Below are positions 43,969-54,740 of a stretch of DNA of 64,000 bases, piece by piece. The DNA comes from Arsukibacterium sp. UBA3155 (GTDB taxonomy: Bacteria > Pseudomonadota > Gammaproteobacteria > Enterobacterales > Alteromonadaceae): the NCBI RefSeq assembly GCF_002364615.1, contig NZ_DEYP01000026.1, positions 54,488-118,487 on the forward strand, read 5' to 3'. A model generated the notes under the pieces. The model did no database searches and was not told the DNA's origin. It saw only the letters and a program-made list of their open reading frames with translations. A program made the position numbers and the translations under genes. Numbering within the stretch: the stretch's first letter is position 1; each line of letters starts with the position of its first letter.

Positions 43969-44547
43969 TTATTTTCCCGTAGCGTCCGTTGGCAAATATT
44001 TCTGGAGTAACAAGGCGGCTTTAGCAAAGTCCAGAATGGCAACCTGATGTAAAAATTTGTCAGCGTCAACTTCTGACAGTAATTGCTCTAATTGAAGTCT
44101 GTTTTTTGCGACCAGAGTGCAGGCTGCCATATCCTGATTCTTCAGTAAAGTATGCAAATGACTGAGATCAAGCTCACTGCCTGATTCCGTAACAGGTAAT
44201 GAGTGCTCGCTAATAATGGCGTGTAATTCAACACAGCTTTGCCGATATACACTAAAAAAGTGTTGCCAGCTTTGTTGAGTGACAATTTGCGCAGAATCCA
44301 GCTGATGTTCAAGCTGCAACGAATGCTTGACCAGTTCGTCGGCTCCCAGAGTGGCATAACTACCCCGCAGCTTATGCAACAGCTGCTGGCAACTCTGATG
44401 ATCAGAAGTCGCAATATAATGCTGTATTTGCGAGATATTATCCGAAGTGCTATCGATCAGATTTTTTACCATCGTCAAAAGCTGAGGCAAACGCTTATTG
44501 GAGAGCATTAATAGGCTGTCGAGCCGGTTGCGGTTAATTAACGTCAC
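43969..44547 (-). CDS. Stand-alone HPt phosphotransfer protein
   Basis: LHKLRGSYATLGA motif; its stop directly abuts the kinase ATG. Confidence 0.8.
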   Translation of the reverse strand: MTLINRNRLDSLLMLSNKRLPQLLTMVKNLIDSTSDNISQIQHYIATSDHQSCQQLLHKLRGSYATLGADELVKHSLQLEHQLDSAQIVTQQSWQHFFSVYRQSCVELHAIISEHSLPVTESGSELDLSHLHTLLKNQDMAACTLVAKNRLQLEQLLSEVDADKFLHQVAILDFAKAALLLQKYLPTDATGK

Positions 44548-44698
44548 TGCAAGCCTTATGGTTTTACAAATTTAAACAAAAAAAACAATTAAAATACTTA
44601 TTTTTCATACTTTAGTTTAATTGATGCAGAAATAAAACATTAAATGCGCTATAACTGAAACAGGTAAATTCGACAAAAAGCACAACAGGACCTCATTA

Positions 44699-46816
44699 AT
44701 GGAGCTGACGATTAGTAGTGCATCCAAAATTCTGATTATTGACGACCAGCCAGCTAACATTGCACTGCTAAGTGAAATGCTGCAAGACATGGCCGAAATA
44801 TATTTTGTCAGTAAAAGCACTGAAGCGTTAAGTAAAGCACAAGAATTGCTGCCGGACGTTATTTTGTTAGACATTGAAATGCCGGAAATGAGTGGTTTCG
44901 AAGTCTGTAAATTGCTGAAGCATGATCCGCTGACCGCTGATATTTCAGTTATTTTTATTTCAGCGCATACCGAAGCAGAGTTTGAGTATAGTTCTTTAGC
45001 GTATGGCGCAGTAGATTTTATCGCGCGGCCATTTAACCGGGCTATTTGCCGTTTACGAGTACAAAATCATTTGTTTATGCAGCAACAAGCTAAAGCGCTG
45101 CTCTACAGCAAACAGCATATATATGCTGAAAAACAACGGCTGCAAGTCACCTTGAATTCAATTGGTGACGCCGTTATTGCGACCGATACTGAGGCAAAAG
45201 TTACTTACATGAACCCGATTGCTGAGCATATGACAGGCTGGCTGCAGGTTGATGCTGTAGGTAAACCTATCACTGAAGTGATGTTACTGCGGGATACTGA
45301 AAGTAAACAAACGGTGACGAATCCCGTTAGTCTGGCCCTAACAGAGCAACGGATTGTCGCTATGGCACTGGACTGTGAATTAGTACACCGAAATAGCCTG
45401 GAATCTTCTGCTGTTGAGGACTCTGCTGCGCCGATTTTTGATGAACAAGACAGGATCATAGGCGCCATTATCGTGTTTCATGACGTGGGTGAGGCCAAGG
45501 CGCTGGCCACCAAAATGAGCTTTTTAGCAAATCATGATCAGTTAACTGGCCTGCCTAATCGCATTCTGTTGCATGACCGGCTGGAGCAAGCATGTTCTCT
45601 GGCAACGATGATCGAGCGAAAAGTCGGTTTGATCCTTATTGATGTCGACCAATTTAAATTTCTGAATGATTCATTAGGGTATCAGTCTGGCGATAAGTTA
45701 TTAAAATTGCTGGTTAAACGCTTGCAAACCATTCTGGAGCCCGATCATACCCTGGCTCGCACCGGGGGGGATGAGTTTGTGCTGATTTTTCCTGACATTG
45801 TGCATATAGAGCAAATTAGTAATCTGGCGCACAATATCAGTCGGCTATCAAGGCAACCTTATGAGTTAAATGGTAACAAATATAACATGTCGCTCAGTAT
45901 GGGCATTAGCCTGTACCCGACAGACTCCAGCGATGCTGAAACTCTGTTAAGACATGCCGACGTAGCCTTATTTAAGGCAAAGCAGGATGGCAGAAACAAT
46001 TTTTGCTTTTTTTCTGATGAACTGGGGCAGCGCATGTTGCAGCGCCATCAGCAAGAACAAAGCTTGCGGGAGGCGATTGCAGAAGACAGGCTTGAAGTGC
46101 ATTTCCAGCCAAAAGTAACGCTTATTGACGGTAATATTATCGGAGCAGAAGCGCTGGTCCGGCTCCGCAATAAAAATGGCAGTTTAATGTCACCTGCAGA
46201 ATTTATCCCGCTGGCGGAAGAAACCGGTCTTATTATTCCTTTGGGGAAAATGGTGCTGGTAAAAGCATGTCAACAAAGTGCGCGTTGGAAAAAGGCGGGA
46301 ATAACTTTGCCAGTGTCGGTCAATATCGCCGCAGCGCAGTTTACTGAAGCCGGTTTGGTAGGGTTAATAGAGCATCTGTTGCAAGAATACCAGTTGGCAC
46401 CCGCCATGCTGGAACTGGAAGTGACCGAAACGGCACTGATACAAAATCCGCAACAAACTGCAGAAACCTTAAGCCAGTTCCGTGCGATTGGCATTACTGT
46501 CGCTATTGATGATTTTGGTACCGGCTACTCCAGTCTGGCGTACCTTAAGCAGTACAAAGTGGATGTGCTGAAAATTGATATGTCTTTTGTTAAAGACATG
46601 TTGTCTGATAAAAACGACCATGCCATTGTTAATACCATTATCTTACTGGGACAGTCAATGCAGATTGAACTGGTTGCAGAAGGTGTAGAAACGGCTGAAC
46701 AGCAGGCGATGTTACTTGAGTTAGGCTGCCGATATGGCCAGGGCTACTATTATAGTAAGCCGCTGGCCGAGGATGACTTTATGCAGTACCTTAAAGCTGG
46801 CAAGGCGCTTAAATAA
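44699..46816 (+). CDS. REC-PAS-GGDEF-EAL protein
   Basis: Receiver (IIDD, LLDIEMP), PAS, GGDEF, EAL and IDDFGTGYSSL motifs. Confidence 0.93.
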   Translation: MELTISSASKILIIDDQPANIALLSEMLQDMAEIYFVSKSTEALSKAQELLPDVILLDIEMPEMSGFEVCKLLKHDPLTADISVIFISAHTEAEFEYSSLAYGAVDFIARPFNRAICRLRVQNHLFMQQQAKALLYSKQHIYAEKQRLQVTLNSIGDAVIATDTEAKVTYMNPIAEHMTGWLQVDAVGKPITEVMLLRDTESKQTVTNPVSLALTEQRIVAMALDCELVHRNSLESSAVEDSAAPIFDEQDRIIGAIIVFHDVGEAKALATKMSFLANHDQLTGLPNRILLHDRLEQACSLATMIERKVGLILIDVDQFKFLNDSLGYQSGDKLLKLLVKRLQTILEPDHTLARTGGDEFVLIFPDIVHIEQISNLAHNISRLSRQPYELNGNKYNMSLSMGISLYPTDSSDAETLLRHADVALFKAKQDGRNNFCFFSDELGQRMLQRHQQEQSLREAIAEDRLEVHFQPKVTLIDGNIIGAEALVRLRNKNGSLMSPAEFIPLAEETGLIIPLGKMVLVKACQQSARWKKAGITLPVSVNIAAAQFTEAGLVGLIEHLLQEYQLAPAMLELEVTETALIQNPQQTAETLSQFRAIGITVAIDDFGTGYSSLAYLKQYKVDVLKIDMSFVKDMLSDKNDHAIVNTIILLGQSMQIELVAEGVETAEQQAMLLELGCRYGQGYYYSKPLAEDDFMQYLKAGKALK

Positions 46817-46836
46817 GCCTGCCAGCCTGATAATGG

Positions 46837-47397
46837 TTAAGCATTGACACTATCGAACAGGGTCAAAAAGGTCGGTGCCTGGCGAATATGCACCGGCAAA
46901 TGCAGCCGCCTTGCAATATCCTGTGCGCTTATCACACCACGGATAAGATGCGACTCGCGATCGACCACCACGCAATGCTGCTCGCCACTGGATTGCAGGG
47001 TATTTAATACATCGGCAATAGTGCAGTGTTGCAACTGCTGCCAGGCCAGGGCTTTAATCTTTTCCCGTGGTCGCATTAAATCGGCTACTTTAATCTCCCG
47101 TCGATCATCGCCGTTAGCAACCCGGCGCATAATAGCTTGATCAGATAAGTGTTCCAGATGGATCAAACCACTAAGCTCACCTTGTTCATCCACCACCAGC
47201 TTCAGTTTGCTGCGTTCAATCTGCATCAGTGCCAGCGCATCGCTGGCAGGGGTGGTTTCACTGATCATTTCAGGCTGACTTTGCTTAAAGTCGCTGACCA
47301 GGTGCAGTGCGGGTGAGGTTAAACTAGCATGGTCAAACTCATCTGGTTGCACCAAATGGTCAATCGCTTCTACTGCAAATAAAGATAATGTTTTCAT
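46837..47397 (-). CDS. CBS-domain protein
   Basis: Two CBS-like repeats (LVVDEQGELSGLI; VVVDRESHLIRGVIS); ATG 47397 after a GAGGA RBS. Confidence 0.82.
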   Translation of the reverse strand: MKTLSLFAVEAIDHLVQPDEFDHASLTSPALHLVSDFKQSQPEMISETTPASDALALMQIERSKLKLVVDEQGELSGLIHLEHLSDQAIMRRVANGDDRREIKVADLMRPREKIKALAWQQLQHCTIADVLNTLQSSGEQHCVVVDRESHLIRGVISAQDIARRLHLPVHIRQAPTFLTLFDSVNA

Positions 47398-47492
47398 GAT
47401 ATTCCTCGCTACCAACACGCAGAGGCCGCGCTGGCGATAAAAAATTTTTAATAAGGCATTTAATAAGAAATAGTGCCGTAAACGATTTCAGA

Positions 47493-47807
47493 TCAGGAAT
47501 ATACTGGAGGGGCTCGTACCGGATGTGCAGCTTTAGGTTGCGCCAGGGCAATAGCGCTGGGCAGGCTCACTACCACGGCACTATGGTAACGTGCTGTCGG
47601 GTTTTGGAATGAGATCAGGCTATTGTCGTTATCATCGCCGCTGTCTTGTTCACTGGCAAGGCTCGTCTGGCCGGTTAACGGACTTATTGCCTGAAACTGG
47701 CCGTCAGCTAACGGCGCTGCATGAGGAGCATGCGCACTGGCAATCTGCGGTGTAATCAGCAGATTCAAGTAAACTATTAAGGCAACCGCACTTAACCAAC
47801 GCATCAT
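47493..47807 (-). CDS. Small exported/TM peptide ending in RAPP; candidate arrest leader peptide
   Basis: Hydrophobic N-terminus (MMRWLSAVALIVYLNLLITP), HAPH, low-complexity middle, C-terminal HPVRAPPVYS*. Confidence 0.6.
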   Translation of the reverse strand: MMRWLSAVALIVYLNLLITPQIASAHAPHAAPLADGQFQAISPLTGQTSLASEQDSGDDNDNSLISFQNPTARYHSAVVVSLPSAIALAQPKAAHPVRAPPVYS

Positions 47808-47971
47808 TTTAAAAGTATTCTCTGCAAAGCTAAGCCGCAAAAAACGGCATTACAAGCTGCTACTGATAATGACGGGCCCGCATGCACTCTGCAAGGGGGT
47901 AATGCAAAAATAGTTTACTATTGCGACCAATGGCGGTTTGCTAAAGGCCGAACTTGTCGTCAGACGCTGGG

Positions 47972-48505
47972 TTAGTCAGAATAGCCCGGTGCGACCATTT
48001 TGGTTGCAAGGCGGCGGGCACGTAGAAATCCCATCAGATTACTTAGCAAAAACGCAATTTCCATCAGCACCGCTACCGGTGAACCCACCAGAATATTATG
48101 CAGGATCCAGATGCTGGCTCCCAGCGCCATACAAAGCCGGACCCGGCCTACTCTGGTTAGAAAACTGCCAAAAGTACCCAACATTGCTGCGGCATAGGGC
48201 AACAGGTTTAGCGGGCTGCTGTAGGTCGTCAATAAAATGAGGGTTGCGCCAGCCATGAACAACAGCATCCAGCACTGCCGGGGGTACAGGGCGGCTACCA
48301 GAAAGCGGATCGCGGTTAAGCTGACAAACAATGCGGCCTCGTATTGACCTAGCAGTCCGAAATGGCTGGCATTGAGTACCGCAGAAATAAACCAGAATTT
48401 GAGCATCGCGCTGCGCTGTTGCTGCCAGAAAGCAAAAATACCGCTACCAAAGGCAATGGCGACTAGCAGTTGTGACCCGAAAAAAAACAGACTGAATTCT
48501 GACAA
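47972..48505 (-). CDS. YgjV-family inner membrane protein
   Basis: Multi-TM protein ending WILHNILVGSPVAVLME; TTG 48505 after GAGAG preferred over ORF start 48616. Confidence 0.7.
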   Translation of the reverse strand: MSEFSLFFFGSQLLVAIAFGSGIFAFWQQQRSAMLKFWFISAVLNASHFGLLGQYEAALFVSLTAIRFLVAALYPRQCWMLLFMAGATLILLTTYSSPLNLLPYAAAMLGTFGSFLTRVGRVRLCMALGASIWILHNILVGSPVAVLMEIAFLLSNLMGFLRARRLATKMVAPGYSD

Positions 48506-48699
48506 AACACTCTCAGTTGCTGGTGAATAGCGACAACCATAATACTGAATAACTAAGCGGCTTGCTTGTCGGTGCTGGCATAACTTATAACTAACTGCAT
48601 GTATGCTGTGCCGCAAAATGCCATTTTATTTGACAGAGCGCTGGCTGGAGAATAATTTTCTGGTAGGCTTGCTATAACGACATTCATTAAGGGATCAGC

Positions 48700-49719
48700 A
48701 TGAAAGCTGTGGGCTACCAACATACTCTGGCAATTAATGACCCCGAGTCATTAATTGATATCGAACTGCCTCAGCCAGAAGCCAGCGGCCGCGATGTGCT
48801 GGTAAAAGTGGCGGCGTTGTCAGTAAATCCGGTTGATACCAAAATTCGTAGCAAGGTGGCGCCAGCTGCAGGCGAGTATAAAGTGCTTGGTTGGGATGCA
48901 GCCGGCGAAGTGGTTGCTTGTGGCGACGCGGTAAGCATGTTTAAACCAGGCGATAAGGTTTACTATGCCGGGGCGCTTGATCGCAGCGGATCTAATGCGG
49001 AGTATCAGCTGGTCGATGAGCGCTTAGTCGCGCTAATGCCAGTTAATTTAACCTATGAACAGGCTGCTGCGTTGCCATTGACCGCAATAACGGCCTGGGA
49101 GTTGCTGTTTGACCGGCTTGAGTTAGATCAATCCAGCCTGAAATATCCGCGGCCGATACTGTTAATTACCGGTGCCGCGGGTGGTGTCGGCTCGGTGCTG
49201 GTGCAACTGGCCCGGCAATTGACCAGTGTTTGTATTGTCGCAACGGCTTCCAGGCCTGAAACTCAGGCCTGGGTCAAAGCGCTCGGCGCACATTACGTTA
49301 TTGATCACAGTAAGCCGCTGCAACCACAACTTGCTGAGCTGGGTATTGATGCTGTCAGCCATGTTGCCAGTTTAACCCATACCGAACAGCACTATCCTGA
49401 GCTGGTAAAATTGTTGGCACCGCAAGGTAAACTGGCGCTGATTGATGACCCTGTAGGTGGCATTGATATTATGCCGCTGAAACAAAAAAGTATTTCGTTG
49501 CACTGGGAGTTTATGTTTACCCGCTCCTTATTTGCCACCGCTGATATGCATTTGCAGCATCAGTTATTAACCGATTTAAGTCGCTTAATAGAGCAAGGCC
49601 AGATAAAAACCACCTTACAGCAAACGATGGGCAGCATTAATGCGGCGAATCTGCGCCGGGCGCATGCGTTACTGGAAAGTGGTAAAGCCATGGGCAAGAT
49701 AGTGCTGGCCGGTTTTTAA
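48700..49719 (+). CDS. Zinc-binding alcohol dehydrogenase/quinone oxidoreductase family protein
   Basis: SVNPVDTK, LGWDAAG, GAAGGVG, SLHWEFMF, GKIVL. Confidence 0.9.
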   Translation: MKAVGYQHTLAINDPESLIDIELPQPEASGRDVLVKVAALSVNPVDTKIRSKVAPAAGEYKVLGWDAAGEVVACGDAVSMFKPGDKVYYAGALDRSGSNAEYQLVDERLVALMPVNLTYEQAAALPLTAITAWELLFDRLELDQSSLKYPRPILLITGAAGGVGSVLVQLARQLTSVCIVATASRPETQAWVKALGAHYVIDHSKPLQPQLAELGIDAVSHVASLTHTEQHYPELVKLLAPQGKLALIDDPVGGIDIMPLKQKSISLHWEFMFTRSLFATADMHLQHQLLTDLSRLIEQGQIKTTLQQTMGSINAANLRRAHALLESGKAMGKIVLAGF

Positions 49720-49742
49720 CCGGCAGCAAGTGGTGTGACACA

Positions 49743-50348
49743 TCAGGCTATTTGCTGATCCGGTTGATCGAAGCTATAGCTGGCTTTAAACAAGACCTGT
49801 TCCAGCGCCAGTTGCAGCGCTGTGTTAATTGGGTAGTGGCGGTTACCAAGCTGGTAATCCAGTTCATTTACCTGCTCTTTGCTTTGCATCATCAGTGGTG
49901 GCGGAGAGCTTTGTAGCATAATGACACTTTGCTGATACTTAGCCGGGTGATCGCTCTTAATGGTTTTACACACCGATAATGAGGTTTGCCCGGTTTTGTC
50001 GCGATAACCCGCGGCACCAAACATCCGGCAAATACTCGGGCGGTGCTGATAAATACTGCACTGGCCCTGTTTGCCATCAAAAGACAGTTTCTGATAAAAC
50101 ACACAACTTTGCTGCTGTGTTAACTGCCCAAGATCACTCAGGGTTTGTTCGGCTTTGCCTTGGTCAAACAAGTGCAGTGCCAGTGGCAGCATTTCCAGCA
50201 CGGTTGCCTCGATAGTCGGTGCCAGACAGCACTCACCACAACCGCTACGGCATTGTAAGCCCTGGCGCTGTTGATAATCACTGAAAGTTTCCGCTATTTC
50301 GCCATACACAGCCTCAACACGACGCGATAATTCACGCAGCCGTAACAT
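49743..50348 (-). CDS. YkgJ-family cysteine-cluster protein
   Basis: CRSGCGECC and CSIYQHRPSICR. Confidence 0.85.
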   Translation of the reverse strand: MLRLRELSRRVEAVYGEIAETFSDYQQRQGLQCRSGCGECCLAPTIEATVLEMLPLALHLFDQGKAEQTLSDLGQLTQQQSCVFYQKLSFDGKQGQCSIYQHRPSICRMFGAAGYRDKTGQTSLSVCKTIKSDHPAKYQQSVIMLQSSPPPLMMQSKEQVNELDYQLGNRHYPINTALQLALEQVLFKASYSFDQPDQQIA

Positions 50349-50477
50349 ACAGACTCCGAACGAAATACATAAAGGGTTTGCTTAATAAAGAAACGACGGA
50401 TTGTCGCGCCGCCATTCTACGCTTAGCCGGATAAACTCAGCAAGAGGGCGTTGTAAATATAGTCAGTGGCTAAAACA

Positions 50478-52577
50478 TCAACTGGTTACCATCGGCTCGG
50501 TATAAAGATGGATCCGATTCTGACCTTTATCTTTTGCGCTAATGGCCGCAGCGGCAGCCTGAACTAAAAAGCTGTCACTGTCCTGGCGGCTGTTATCAAT
50601 AACCCGGATGCCAATATTAATGCTGATAGCAAACTGTTGCTGCTGCCAGCTAAAGTTAAATGCTTTAACCAAATCGATTAGACGATATGCTACCACCAGC
50701 GCTTCATTGGCATTTTTACCGGGCGACAGCAGAGCAAACTGATCTTTCTCCAGCCGGGCCAGCATATCAGCCGGGGCCAGATTTTGCGCCAGCTGCTGGC
50801 CCAGCTGCTTCAGTAAATCATCACCGGCAGTATGGCCAAACCGGCTGTTTATATCATTAAACTCGGCCACATCGATAAATAACAGACTACTTTTCCGTCT
50901 GCCTGTCTGATACAAGGTGCGGGTTAGCTGCTGCAATAGATAATGACGATTATACAAGCCGGTTACCGCATCATGGTTGGCCTGATAACTTAGCTGTTCA
51001 TAGGCCAGTTTCTGTTTGCTGATATCGATAACAGAACCATGAATAAAGGCGGGTTCGGTGGCCGTAGCTGGCACCAGCCTGGCTGATAGCAGTGCCCAGA
51101 ATGGACTGCGATCGGCCCGTAAGCCACGGATCTCAGCTTGTTGTTGACCAAACTTATGCAGTTGACTAGTAAAATCCAGTCGATCATTCGGGTTCGCATA
51201 AAACCGGGCCATGCCATTGACGCCGACGTCCTGACGTAACTCACTGATTTGCTGATAACCCAGGATCTGCAGTAATGCCAGATTGGCATCGACTAACTGT
51301 CCTTCAGCATTACCGACAAAAAGGCCTTCGCTGGCCTGATGAAACAGCGTTTTATATTTACGCAATTCGTTAAGCGCTGCATGATCGGTGGTTTGTTCTG
51401 CATGAATATGGTCAAGACTGAAATGAATAACCGACATACACAACAAAATAAGCAGCAGCGTTAAATAATGCCATTCCAGTAACTGTTTAAAGTAGCCCAG
51501 TTGCGCCATGGTCAGAATGGCGGCACTCAGTAGCAAAAAGAAACAGGCTAAGGCCAGCGAGCGGGCGCTTTTCTGGCCGGCAACGGCATAATGCAGGGTA
51601 AGCAAAATATTGCTGCTAAGTAACACCGTTATACTGCCAAGTAATAACCAGAAGCGCCATTCGCCAGCGACAAGTAGCGGGCTGAACAATAAACACAGCG
51701 CCAGCAGGTTATTAAAGACATGTACCTTGTGCCAGATAAACGATAACGGTTGTTCCAGCCTGGCCCGGATAAACAAGTTTAGGCATAACAATGAGATCCC
51801 GGAAAAAATGTACAGAATTGCCAGATTAATTGCCGGGTTGTCAGGCCACATTAACGGAAACGCCAGTCCGTTTAATATTGCCAGAACCATAGCAAAACCG
51901 GTAAAAAACACGCCCTGATACAAACGATGGCGCTGGCGCAGCTGGTTGAACAGTAAAAAACTGTGCAAGGCCAGCATCAGCAAAATGCCACTAAGCACCC
52001 CGTCGAAAATGGCATTGCCCTGCTGCACACTAATAAAGGCTTGCGGTTGCCACAGGGTAATATCACTGGGAATAATGGCCGCATCTACTACCCGCAGATA
52101 AACGTCAAAATCCTGCTCGGGACCAAAGTTCAGCGCGGTTACGTAGCTGCGATAGGGTAGTGCCCGGACATTGAACGGGTAATCGTTGCCGGTGCGGTTA
52201 AGCAGTTCGATGTCTTTGCTGGCCCGATCAACCCGATACACCTCAAGCTTATCTACCATCGGAAAGTTATATTCCAGCAACCAGGTTACCGGTTGTTTGC
52301 TGGTACTGCGCAGCCGGGCTTTGAACCAAATGGGTTTGTCATCACTAACCAGAATGCGTTTATCAACGGCGACCGACTGAAAACTGTGAAGGTAGGCCGG
52401 ATCAGCCAGAATATCATCAAGGGTAATGTCACGGGGTGAGCTTAGATAATACAGATATTGAATACCGGTTTTGGCGGTAGCATCGGGGTCAAGCCGGTTG
52501 CTGTCGGTTTGCGCGGCCAGAGGCCAGCTACAAAGCCATAACAGCAAGGCATATATCCAGGGTTTTGCTGGTACCAC
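50478..52577 (-). CDS. 7TM-DISM extracellular domain + 7TM + PAS + degenerate GGDEF protein
   Basis: Signal peptide, 7TMR-DISMED2-like region, seven TM segments, PAS, HDAVTGLYNR; active site reads LEKDQF. Confidence 0.85.
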   Translation of the reverse strand: MVPAKPWIYALLLWLCSWPLAAQTDSNRLDPDATAKTGIQYLYYLSSPRDITLDDILADPAYLHSFQSVAVDKRILVSDDKPIWFKARLRSTSKQPVTWLLEYNFPMVDKLEVYRVDRASKDIELLNRTGNDYPFNVRALPYRSYVTALNFGPEQDFDVYLRVVDAAIIPSDITLWQPQAFISVQQGNAIFDGVLSGILLMLALHSFLLFNQLRQRHRLYQGVFFTGFAMVLAILNGLAFPLMWPDNPAINLAILYIFSGISLLCLNLFIRARLEQPLSFIWHKVHVFNNLLALCLLFSPLLVAGEWRFWLLLGSITVLLSSNILLTLHYAVAGQKSARSLALACFFLLLSAAILTMAQLGYFKQLLEWHYLTLLLILLCMSVIHFSLDHIHAEQTTDHAALNELRKYKTLFHQASEGLFVGNAEGQLVDANLALLQILGYQQISELRQDVGVNGMARFYANPNDRLDFTSQLHKFGQQQAEIRGLRADRSPFWALLSARLVPATATEPAFIHGSVIDISKQKLAYEQLSYQANHDAVTGLYNRHYLLQQLTRTLYQTGRRKSSLLFIDVAEFNDINSRFGHTAGDDLLKQLGQQLAQNLAPADMLARLEKDQFALLSPGKNANEALVVAYRLIDLVKAFNFSWQQQQFAISINIGIRVIDNSRQDSDSFLVQAAAAAISAKDKGQNRIHLYTEPMVTS

Positions 52578-52700
52578 TAGCGCTCTCCGTCGGCAGGCAA
52601 CATATGTACAATAAGGGGGTTAACAGAAGCCAGCTGCCCCGCTGCAATTTTAACAGTAGCTTAGCTTAATTACTTACGTTTTAGCTATACAAAAATAACA

Positions 52701-54497
52701 TTAGCCGCTAGCGGCCAGATAGTCACCTATTTCAGCAATAAATTCACTGCCATAGCGGCTAAGTTTAGTATTGCCCACGCCAGACACGGCCAGCATGCTG
52801 CTATTGTCGGTGGGTAAGCGCTGACACATGTCGATTAAGGTTGCGTCACTGAATACCACAAACGGCGGTACGTCATCCCGCTCTGCCAATTGTTTACGCA
52901 AGGTCCGAAGCCGGGCAAATAACGCCCTGTCGTACTTTTGGTTGCCAAGCTTGGCGGGCACTTTCTGGCTGCTTTGCAAGCGCGGTACCGCCAGTTGCAG
53001 GTTGGTTTCACCCCGTAATAGTGGCCGGGCTGCAGGTAATAACTGCAACACCGAGTTACGGGTAATATCCTGTTGCAAATATCCAAAGTGCACCAGCTGG
53101 CGCAATACGCTTAACCAGTAGTCATGGCTATGATCTTTGCCCAGGCCCCAGGTACTTAGCTTATCATGCGCCTGCTCGCGGATTTTCTGGTTCTGGCTGC
53201 CGCGCAGCACCTCAATGACATGGGCCATACCATAACTTTGCTCTACCCGGTATACACATGACAACGCTTTGCGCGCCAGCTCAGTGGCATCAAACTGCTG
53301 CGGCGGGTTTAAACAAATATCACAGTTACCGCAGCGTTGTTGCCGGGCTTCGCCAAAGTAATTGAGTAATACCAGGCGGCGGCAGGTTTGTGCTTCAGCA
53401 AAAGCGGCCATCGCCTGAAACCGTTGCCAGGCTACCTCAGCCCGTGCCGGATTTTCTTCAGCTTCCAGCCAGCGTTTCATCCGGGTAATATCTGCCGGGT
53501 CAAACAGCATCAGCGCTTCTGCCGGCACGCCATCACGACCGGCGCGGCCGGTTTCCTGATAATAGGCTTCAATGGTGCGCGGCAATTCAAAATGAATAAC
53601 AAAGCGGATATTAGATTTGTTTACGCCCATGCCAAAGGCCACGGTGGCGACGATGATTTGAATGTCATCGCGCTTAAAATCATCCTGCACCTGGCCACGT
53701 TGCTCGCTGTCATGGCCGGCATGGTAGGCCGCCACTTTAAAGCCACGCTCAGCCAGCTGACCACTCAGCTCATCGACTTTGCGCCGTGAGCTGCAGTAAA
53801 TAATGCCGGCACTGCTGTCCTGCTGCTTTAAGTAGCTGACCACTTGCTCCAGTGGCCGGAATTTTTCCTGTACCGTATAGCGGATATTGGGCCTATCGAA
53901 GCTGCCGGTGTAAATGCAGGGGTTTTGCAAGGTTAACTGCTGCACAATGTCCTGGCGGGTCGCAATATCGGCGGTAGCCGTCAGCGCCATTACCGGAACG
54001 GCAGGGAAGCGCTGCTTTAATAACGCCAGTGCCATATAGTCGGGCCGAAAATCATGGCCCCACTGCGAAATACAATGGGCTTCGTCAATGGCAAATAAAC
54101 TGACGCCAACATCAGTTAACCGATCTAAAAATGCCGGTTGCAATAACCGCTCGGGAGCGACATACAATAGTTTTAATTCGCCACGGCGCAGCCTTGCAAA
54201 CACCTCGAGTACCGCTTCCCGGCTTAAACTGCTGTTAACGAATTCAGCGGCAATACCATTGGCCTGCAGGGCGTCAACCTGATCTTTCATCAGCGACATT
54301 AACGGCGAGACCACAATCGTTACCTGGGGCAAATGCAAGGCGGGCAGCTGATAGCACAGCGATTTTCCGCCACCGGTTGGCAGCAGCACAAAGCTGTCGC
54401 GACCTTGTAATGCCGCATCAATAATTTCAGCCTGGCCATCGCGAAAGGCGCTGTAGCCAAAGGCTTGTTTTAAAGTGGCTAATAAGTGTTCTGACAC
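52701..54497 (-). CDS. recQ: ATP-dependent DNA helicase RecQ
   Basis: [21 protein letters not shown], Zn-binding Cys cluster, RQC and HRDC domains. Confidence 0.97.
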   Translation of the reverse strand: MSEHLLATLKQAFGYSAFRDGQAEIIDAALQGRDSFVLLPTGGGKSLCYQLPALHLPQVTIVVSPLMSLMKDQVDALQANGIAAEFVNSSLSREAVLEVFARLRRGELKLLYVAPERLLQPAFLDRLTDVGVSLFAIDEAHCISQWGHDFRPDYMALALLKQRFPAVPVMALTATADIATRQDIVQQLTLQNPCIYTGSFDRPNIRYTVQEKFRPLEQVVSYLKQQDSSAGIIYCSSRRKVDELSGQLAERGFKVAAYHAGHDSEQRGQVQDDFKRDDIQIIVATVAFGMGVNKSNIRFVIHFELPRTIEAYYQETGRAGRDGVPAEALMLFDPADITRMKRWLEAEENPARAEVAWQRFQAMAAFAEAQTCRRLVLLNYFGEARQQRCGNCDICLNPPQQFDATELARKALSCVYRVEQSYGMAHVIEVLRGSQNQKIREQAHDKLSTWGLGKDHSHDYWLSVLRQLVHFGYLQQDITRNSVLQLLPAARPLLRGETNLQLAVPRLQSSQKVPAKLGNQKYDRALFARLRTLRKQLAERDDVPPFVVFSDATLIDMCQRLPTDNSSMLAVSGVGNTKLSRYGSEFIAEIGDYLAASG

Positions 54498-54596
54498 GCG
54501 CCGTTGCTACCCTGAAAAAATCAGCGGCTATTGTATGCGTTACGCCCGCTGATTTACAGCTTTGCCGCAATTGAATCTGCCATCGAAGTACGTTGC

Positions 54597-54610
54597 TGGT
54601 CAGACCAATT
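54597..54610. promoter_or_regulatory. Second PdhR-type box (distal)
   Basis: TGGTCAGACCAATT, a TGGT-N3-ACCA palindrome in the recQ/pdhR intergenic region. Confidence 0.55.
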
Positions 54611-54740
54611 TGATTATAGCTAGAATTGCCTGGTGTTATTGGAGTTTTAACTCTAAATATTTTCTGTTTTGCCTTTGCGGCTATTGTCTGCTTTATTTAC
54701 TTGTTATAGAAAAACTGATACCGTAGCGCCTCTTTTTAAT

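Noticed and set aside
39212-46832. 8-bp direct repeat GCCTGATA at both ends of the signalling cluster
   Set aside because: An 8-mer shared by two intergenic regions is within chance expectation, and no mobility gene is present.
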